This document shows positions 25,644 to 32,000 of a stretch of 32,000 bases of DNA, one piece after another. The notes below the pieces were generated by a model. It did not search any database. It saw only the letters and a list, made by a program, of their open reading frames with translations, and was not told the origin of the DNA. The first letter of the stretch is position 1. Every line of letters begins with the position of its first letter. The position numbers were made by a program, and so were the translations under genes. Source of the stretch: Inmirania thermothiophila (lineage in GTDB: Bacteria > Pseudomonadota > Gammaproteobacteria > DSM-100275); the NCBI RefSeq assembly GCF_003751635.1, contig NZ_RJVI01000001.1:182733-214732 (forward strand), given 5' to 3'.

Positions 25644-26533
25644 CCCCGGACCTCGGCCAGGAGCCGCTCCATCATGGCCTCGGCCTGGGCCGCGTAGCCG
25701 CCGCCGAAGAGGTTGAAGTGGTTGAGCACGTGGTAGAGGTTGTAGAGGGTGCGCCGGACCCCGTAGCCGGCATCGAGGGGCCAGGCCTCCCGGTAGGCGG
25801 CATGGAAGCGCGGGCCGAAGCCGCCGAAGAGCTCGGTCATGGCGAGGTCGGCCTCGCGGTCGCCGTGGTAGACGGCGGGATCGAAGATCACGGGGCGGCC
25901 GTCCTCGTCGGCGGCCCAGTTGCCGCCCCAGAGGTCGCCGTGGATCAGGGAGGGGACGGGGTCGTGCCCGGCGAGCAGGGCCGGGATCGCGGCGAGGAGC
26001 GCCTCGCCGCGGCGCAGCAGCCCGCCCGGGGCGCCGCGCTCGCGCGCGAGGCGGAGCTGGTGCGCGATGCGCTGCTCGCGGAAGAAGACGGCCCAGCGGC
26101 GCTCGCGCGGGTTGGGCTGGGGCGTCGCCCCGATGAAGTTGTCGCGATGCCAGCCGAAGGCCTCGCCGGCGCAGCGGTGGAGGGCGGCGAGGCCCCGCCC
26201 CAGCGCCTCCTCGGCCTGCGGCCCGGCCCGCCCCAAGGGCAGGTATTCCATCACCAGGTAGGCCTCGCCGCAGGCCTCGCCCCAGGTGAGGGGCCGCGGC
26301 ACGCGCAGGGCGCCGGCGGCGGCGAGGGCGGCGAGCCCGTCGGCCTCGGCCTCGAACTGCGGCAGGGCGGCGGCGCGGTTGCGCTTGACGAACCAGCGGC
26401 CGCCCTCGCCCTCCACCACCGCGGCCCGATGGATGCAGCCGCCGCCCACCTCGCGGCGGCGGCCGATGCGGAAGGGCCGCCCCGCGGCGGCGGCGATCGC
26501 CGCCTCCACCCCGCCCCAGAACCCCCCGCTCAC
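25640..26533 (-). CDS. Fructosamine/ketosamine kinase family protein
   Basis: LIHGDLWGGNW catalytic loop, with FDPAVYHGDREADLAMTELFGGF and YNLYHVLNHFNLFGG motifs. The GTG at 26533 overlaps the upstream stop (GTGA). Confidence 0.85.
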   Translation of the reverse strand: MSGGFWGGVEAAIAAAAGRPFRIGRRREVGGGCIHRAAVVEGEGGRWFVKRNRAAALPQFEAEADGLAALAAAGALRVPRPLTWGEACGEAYLVMEYLPLGRAGPQAEEALGRGLAALHRCAGEAFGWHRDNFIGATPQPNPRERRWAVFFREQRIAHQLRLARERGAPGGLLRRGEALLAAIPALLAGHDPVPSLIHGDLWGGNWAADEDGRPVIFDPAVYHGDREADLAMTELFGGFGPRFHAAYREAWPLDAGYGVRRTLYNLYHVLNHFNLFGGGYAAQAEAMMERLLAEVRG

Positions 26534-27144
26534 CGCCGTCGCCGCAGCAGCGCGTAGGCGAAGGGCTGTGCCGCCCCGGCGGGGGTGAGGTGGAGCTCGC
26601 GCTCGGCCGCCTCCAGGCTCCACTCCGGCCCCGCCAGCGCCGCGATCTCCTCCGGCGCGTGGCGCCGCACCGGCAGGCCGCTGCAGCGCTCCGGCCCGTC
26701 GTGGGCGAAGGTGGCGATCACCGCCCAGCCGCCCGGCACCACCGCCTGCGCCAGGACCTCGCGGTAGCGCGCCCGCTCGGCCTCGTCGGTGAGGAAGTGC
26801 AGCACCGCGCGGTCGTGCCAGAGGGCGAAGCCGCGCCGCAGCGGCCAGCGCAGCAGATCGGCGCACACCCAGCAGACCGCCCGCCCGGCCTCGCCGAGGC
26901 GGGCGCGCGCCGTGGCCAGGGCCCGCGGCGAGAGGTCCACCACGGTGAGGTCGCGCCGGCCCTCCGCGAGGAGGGCGTCCACCAGGGTGGAGGCGCCGCC
27001 GCCCACGTCCACGATGGGGGCCTCGGGGGGCAGCGCCGCCCGCGCGATCAACCCCAGCGAGGTCTCCAGGCGCGGCCGGTACCAGCTCACCCGGTCCGGG
27101 CCGCGCTCGGCATAGACCTGCTCCCAGTGGCGATGGCGTTCCAT
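26530..27144 (-). CDS. Class I SAM-dependent methyltransferase
   Basis: HWEQVY...VSWY N-terminus and SAM motif I (IVDVGGGAST). The start is uncertain, with in-frame ATGs at 27144, 27153 and 27174. I chose 27144 because GGAGGA lies ~9 nt upstream. Confidence 0.72.
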   Translation of the reverse strand: MERHRHWEQVYAERGPDRVSWYRPRLETSLGLIARAALPPEAPIVDVGGGASTLVDALLAEGRRDLTVVDLSPRALATARARLGEAGRAVCWVCADLLRWPLRRGFALWHDRAVLHFLTDEAERARYREVLAQAVVPGGWAVIATFAHDGPERCSGLPVRRHAPEEIAALAGPEWSLEAAERELHLTPAGAAQPFAYALLRRRR

Positions 27145-27221
27145 CCCGGGCATCCTCCGGCAGGATGCTTCCATGATAGCGCGCCCCGCTGCGGCGGGGC
27201 GGGGCGCTAGAATGGCGGCGC

Positions 27222-29369
27222 ATGGACGTCACCGATCTGCTCGAGCCCCTCAATCCGGCCCAGCGCGAGGCGGTCACCGCGCCCGCCGGCCCGACCCTGG
27301 TCCTGGCCGGCGCAGGCAGCGGCAAGACCCGGGTGCTGGCCCACCGCGTCGCCTGGCTGATCCGCGTCGAGGGGGCCTCGCCCCTCGGGCTCATGGCGGT
27401 GACCTTCACCAACAAGGCGGCGGCGGAGATGCGCGGGCGCATCGAGGCGCTCACGCGCTTCCCCGCGCGCGGCATGTGGGTGGGGACCTTCCACGGGCTC
27501 GCCCACCGGCTGCTGCGCGCCCACTGGCGCGAGGCCGCGCTGCCCGAGGACTTCCAGATCCTCGACGCCGACGACCAGCAGCGCCTGCTGCGGCGCGTCA
27601 TCCGCGGCCTCGGCCTCGACGAGGCGCGCTGGCCGCCGCGGCGCGTCCAGTGGCACATCCAGTCGCGCAAGGACGAGGGGGCGCGCCCGCAGCCCCCCGA
27701 CCAGGCGCCGGATCCCCACGCCGCGCAGCTCGAGCGCATCTACGCCGCCTACGAGGCCGAATGCGCCCGCGCCGGCCTCGTGGACTTCGGCGAGCTGCTG
27801 CTGCGCGCCTACGAGCTGCTGGCGCGCGACGAGGACCTGCTCGCCCACTACCGCCGCCGCTTCGGCCACGTCCTCGTCGACGAGTTCCAGGACACCAACA
27901 CCATCCAGTACCACTGGCTGCGCCTGCTCGCAGGGCGTGCCGGCAGCCTCTTCGTGGTGGGCGACGACGACCAGTCCATCTACCGCTGGCGCGGCGCTCG
28001 CATCGAGAACATCCGCCGTTTCCCCGAGGACTTCCCCGGCGCCCGCGTCTATCGCCTGGAGCAGAACTACCGCTCGACGCAGGTCATCCTCGACGCCGCC
28101 AACGCCCTCATCGCGAACAACCGCGGCCGCCTCGGCAAGCGGCTCTGGACCGCAGGGGAGCGGGGCGAGCCGCTGCGCCTCTTTCGCGCCGCCGACGAGC
28201 GCGAGGAGGCCCGCTTCGTCGCCGAGACCGTCGCCGCCGAGCTGGCCGCCGGCGCGAGCCCCTCGGACTTCGCCGTCCTCTACCGCTCCAACGCCCAGTC
28301 GCGGGTGATCGAGGAGGCCCTGCTGCGGGCCGGCATCCCCTACCGCGTCTACGGCGGCCTGCGCTTCTTCGAGCGCGCCGAGATCAAGGACGCCCTGGCC
28401 TACCTGCGCCTCGTCGCCAACCGCGACGACGACGCCTCCTTCGAGCGCGTGGTGAACCTGCCGCCGCGCGGCATCGGCGCCCGCACCCTGGAGGCGCTGC
28501 GGGCCCGCGCCCGAAGCGCGGGGACCTCCCTGTGGCGGGCGGCGCAGGACCTGCTCGCACGGGGGGAGCTCGCGGCCCGCGCCGCCCCCGCCGTGGCCGC
28601 CTTCCTGGAGCTGGTGGAGACGCTGGCCGCGGACCTCGACGGCGCCGACCTCGAGACCGCGGTCCGGCGCACGGTGGAGGCGAGCGGCCTCGCCGAGCAC
28701 CACGCCCGCGAGCCCGGCGAGCGCGGCCGCGCGCGCCTGGAGAACCTGGAGGAGCTCGCCAACGCGGCGCGCCAGTTCGAGGCCGAGCTCGCCGAGGCCG
28801 AGCCGGAGCTCGCGCCGCTGCCCGCCTTCCTCGCCCACGCCGCGCTGGAGGCGGGGGAGGCGCAGGGGGCGGCGGCGGGCCCCGCGGTGCAGCTCATGAC
28901 CCTGCACGCGGCCAAGGGGCTCGAGTTCCCGGTGGTCTTCCTTTGCGGCATGGAGGAGGGGCTCTTTCCCCACGAGCTCTCCATGGGCGAGGAGGAGGCG
29001 CTGGAGGAGGAGCGGCGCCTGGCCTATGTGGGCATCACGCGGGCGCGGCGGCGGCTCTACCTCTGCCACGCCCAGCACCGGCGCCTGCACGGCCAGGAGC
29101 GGTTCGGCATCCGCTCGCGCTTCATCGACGAGATCCCGCCGGAACTCGTCGCCCCGGTGGGCGGCCGCGGCCCGCAGGCCGAGGCAGCGGCCACCGCCTC
29201 GGCCGCGCAGGGGCTGCTCGGGCGGCGCGTGCGCCACCCCCGCTTCGGCGAGGGCATCGTCGTCGAGCAGGAGGGCCAGGGCGAGCACGCACGCGTGCAG
29301 GTGCGCTTCGACACCGTCGGGACCAAGTGGCTCGCCCTCGCCTACGCGCGCCTGCAGTGCCTCGGCTGA
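27222..29369 (+). CDS. uvrD: DNA helicase II
   Basis: MDVTDLLEPLNPAQREAVTAP...LVLAGAGSGKTRVLAHRVAWL... closely parallels the E. coli UvrD N-terminus. SF1 helicase motifs run throughout the 715 aa. Confidence 0.95.
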   Translation: MDVTDLLEPLNPAQREAVTAPAGPTLVLAGAGSGKTRVLAHRVAWLIRVEGASPLGLMAVTFTNKAAAEMRGRIEALTRFPARGMWVGTFHGLAHRLLRAHWREAALPEDFQILDADDQQRLLRRVIRGLGLDEARWPPRRVQWHIQSRKDEGARPQPPDQAPDPHAAQLERIYAAYEAECARAGLVDFGELLLRAYELLARDEDLLAHYRRRFGHVLVDEFQDTNTIQYHWLRLLAGRAGSLFVVGDDDQSIYRWRGARIENIRRFPEDFPGARVYRLEQNYRSTQVILDAANALIANNRGRLGKRLWTAGERGEPLRLFRAADEREEARFVAETVAAELAAGASPSDFAVLYRSNAQSRVIEEALLRAGIPYRVYGGLRFFERAEIKDALAYLRLVANRDDDASFERVVNLPPRGIGARTLEALRARARSAGTSLWRAAQDLLARGELAARAAPAVAAFLELVETLAADLDGADLETAVRRTVEASGLAEHHAREPGERGRARLENLEELANAARQFEAELAEAEPELAPLPAFLAHAALEAGEAQGAAAGPAVQLMTLHAAKGLEFPVVFLCGMEEGLFPHELSMGEEEALEEERRLAYVGITRARRRLYLCHAQHRRLHGQERFGIRSRFIDEIPPELVAPVGGRGPQAEAAATASAAQGLLGRRVRHPRFGEGIVVEQEGQGEHARVQVRFDTVGTKWLALAYARLQCLG

Positions 29370-29503
29370 GGCGCGCGCAGAAATTCGAGTGCGCTCGTCT
29401 ATAATCGGCGCGACCGCGCGGGCCCGCGACCCGCGGCCGGTTCCCTGCGCGGCCCGGAGGGGCCGCCGTCGTCCTCACGAGCAACGAAGGAGGCACAAGC
29501 ACA

Positions 29504-30595
<1,092 letters not shown>

Positions 30596-30618
30596 CCGGC
30601 CTCGGGCGCGAGCCGCGA

Positions 30619-30644
30619 CCCCCGCCCCCGGGCGGGGGTTTTTT
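30619..30644 (+). terminator. Rho-independent terminator after the TRAP solute-binding protein gene
   Basis: CCCCCGCCC / GGGCGGGGG inverted repeat (30619-30638) followed by TTTTTT (30639-30644). It lies between convergent genes. Confidence 0.7.
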
Positions 30645-30670
30645 GTCATGCCAGGGGGGGCGCGATCCCC

Positions 30671-32000
30671 TCAGTACTGCGAGCCGACGCCCAGCTCCAG
30701 CAGCTTCGTCACCAGCCGCGGCTCCCACACGATGGCGAGCAGCCCCAGGAGCTGGATCACGATGAAGGGCACCGCGCCGCGGTAGATGTCGCCGGTGCTC
30801 ACCTGGGGCGGGGCGACGCCGCGCAGGTAGAAGAGAGAGAAGCCGAAGGGCGGGGTCAGGAACGAGGTCTGCAGGTTCATGCCGATCATGACCCCGAACC
30901 AGACCAGGGCCATGCGCGCCGGCTCGTCGAACTCGGGAAAGAGCGGCGCGAGGATGCGCCCGGCCACCGGCGCCAGCAGCGGCACGATGATGAAGGCGAT
31001 CTCGAAGAAGTCGATGAAGAAGCCGAGGACGAAGACGGCGAGGTTGGTGAGGACCAGGAACCCGATCTCGCCCCCCGGCAGGTTGGTCAGCAGCTCCTCC
31101 ACCCAGAGGTCGCCGTAGAGGCCGCGGAAGACCAGGGAGAACATCTGCGAGCCGACGAGGATGAACAGCACCATGCTGGTCAAGCGCGCGGTGCTGTCCA
31201 TGCTCTCCAGCACGGAGCGGAAGGTCAGGCGGCGGTTGGCGAAGGCGAGCAGCATCGCCCCCAGGGCGCCGAAGGCGCCGGCCTCGGTGGGGGTGGCCCA
31301 GCCGATGAAGATGCTGCCGAGGACCACCACGATCAGCACCAGCGGCGGCATCATGACCTTGAGGATCTGGCCCCACAGGGCCCAGCCGCCCAGGTCGCGT
31401 GCCTCCGCGGGCATCGCCGGCGCGGCCTGCGGGCGCAGCAGCGCCACCGCCGCCACGTAGACCGCGTACATGGCCGCGAGCATCAGCCCCGGGACCAGCG
31501 AGCCCACGAAGAGGTCGCCCACGGAGACGCCGAGCTGGTCGGCGAGGACGATGAGCACGATGCTCGGCGGGATCACCTGCCCCAGCGTCCCCGAGGCGCA
31601 GATGACGCCGGTGGCGAGGGAGCGCGAGTAGCCGTACTGGAGCATCACCGGCAGGGCGATGAGGCCCATGGCCACCACCGTCGCCCCGACCACGCCCGTG
31701 GCCGCGGCAAGCAGCGTGCCCACGATCACCACCGACAGCCCGAGCCCGCCGCGCAGGCGCCCGAAGGCGATCCCCATGGTGCGCAGCAGGTCCTCCGCCA
31801 GCCCGGTGCGCTCGAGGATGGTGCCCATGAGGATGAAGAAGGGCACCGCGAGCAGGGTGTAGCTCTGCATGACGCCGAAGATGCGCTGGGGCAGGGCCTG
31901 CAGGAGGGCGAAGTCCAGCAGCTCCAGCTTCATCCCGACGAGGGCGAAGACCAGCGCCGTGCCGGAGAGGGCGAAGGCGACGGGATAGCCGGTGAAGATG
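30671..32000 (-). CDS. TRAP transporter large permease (DctM family), 5'-truncated by the window edge
   Basis: Polytopic membrane protein with LLAVPFFILMGTILERTGL. The frame stays open upstream of the ATG at 31933 (...IFTGYPVAFALSGTALVFALVG) to the window end, so the true start lies outside the window. Confidence 0.9.
   Translation of the reverse strand, partial: IFTGYPVAFALSGTALVFALVGMKLELLDFALLQALPQRIFGVMQSYTLLAVPFFILMGTILERTGLAEDLLRTMGIAFGRLRGGLGLSVVIVGTLLAAATGVVGATVVAMGLIALPVMLQYGYSRSLATGVICASGTLGQVIPPSIVLIVLADQLGVSVGDLFVGSLVPGLMLAAMYAVYVAAVALLRPQAAPAMPAEARDLGGWALWGQILKVMMPPLVLIVVVLGSIFIGWATPTEAGAFGALGAMLLAFANRRLTFRSVLESMDSTARLTSMVLFILVGSQMFSLVFRGLYGDLWVEELLTNLPGGEIGFLVLTNLAVFVLGFFIDFFEIAFIIVPLLAPVAGRILAPLFPEFDEPARMALVWFGVMIGMNLQTSFLTPPFGFSLFYLRGVAPPQVSTGDIYRGAVPFIVIQLLGLLAIVWEPRLVTKLLELGVGSQY

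Noticed and set aside
27173-29404. 743-aa + strand and 693-aa minus-strand ORFs co-extensive with uvrD
   Set aside because: These are alternative-frame artefacts of GC-rich DNA. The 27222..29369 frame carries all the UvrD helicase motifs.
29380-29405. Second sigmaE-like motif GAAATT...TCTATAAT upstream of the TRAP binding-protein gene, sharing GTCTATAA with the sRNA promoter
   Set aside because: The spacer between the AAATT and TCTAT elements is only 12 nt, against the required 16-17. It is more simply read as a sigma70 -10 box (TATAAT).

Overview
This is a very GC-rich (by eye above 70% GC), tightly packed chromosomal segment, almost certainly from a gammaproteobacterium. I call about 34 protein genes, and genes are cut at both window edges. 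Nearly all are recognisable housekeeping or core-metabolism functions. Gene order, with <- marking the minus strand: ABC-2 permease / GldG-like / DUF4340; periplasmic GlcG-like protein; MipA; mutM; (DUF2782, thrB)<-; polA; a candidate small RNA; engB<-; cytochrome c5, cytochrome c4, dsbA, an EEP-family protein, a GGDEF diguanylate cyclase, a GGCT-like protein; mdh<-; (arginase-family, ornithine aminotransferase, TdcB-like dehydratase)<-; NUDIX; DUF2914<-; 2-hydroxyacid dehydrogenase<-; hemH; lutABC; (SAM-MTase, fructosamine kinase, m5C RNA methyltransferase)<-; uvrD; a Tat-signal TRAP solute-binding protein; TRAP DctM<- (partial). As far as I recall, the thrB-to-GGDEF block is collinear with the Pseudomonas polA neighbourhood. 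I saw no tRNA or rRNA genes, CRISPR arrays, IS elements, integrases, prophage genes or obvious defence genes. I do not see a convincing novel multigene system. The most interesting unexplained signal is a ~125-nt candidate sRNA in the polA-engB spacer, the position held by Spot 42 and ErsA in other species. It has a sigmaE-type promoter, three C/U-rich (anti-SD-like) loops and a clean intrinsic terminator, and it is fully overlapped antisense by a C-terminal extension of engB. Secondary observations are a strongly recurrent stop-codon context (C-TGA-GCCG), short palindromes enclosing the stop codons at tight convergent junctions, two probable leaderless mRNAs (NUDIX, uvrD), and three translationally coupled gene modules whose logic is unclear. 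All calls rest on reading the ORF translations and the sequence by eye; no searches or folding programs were run.
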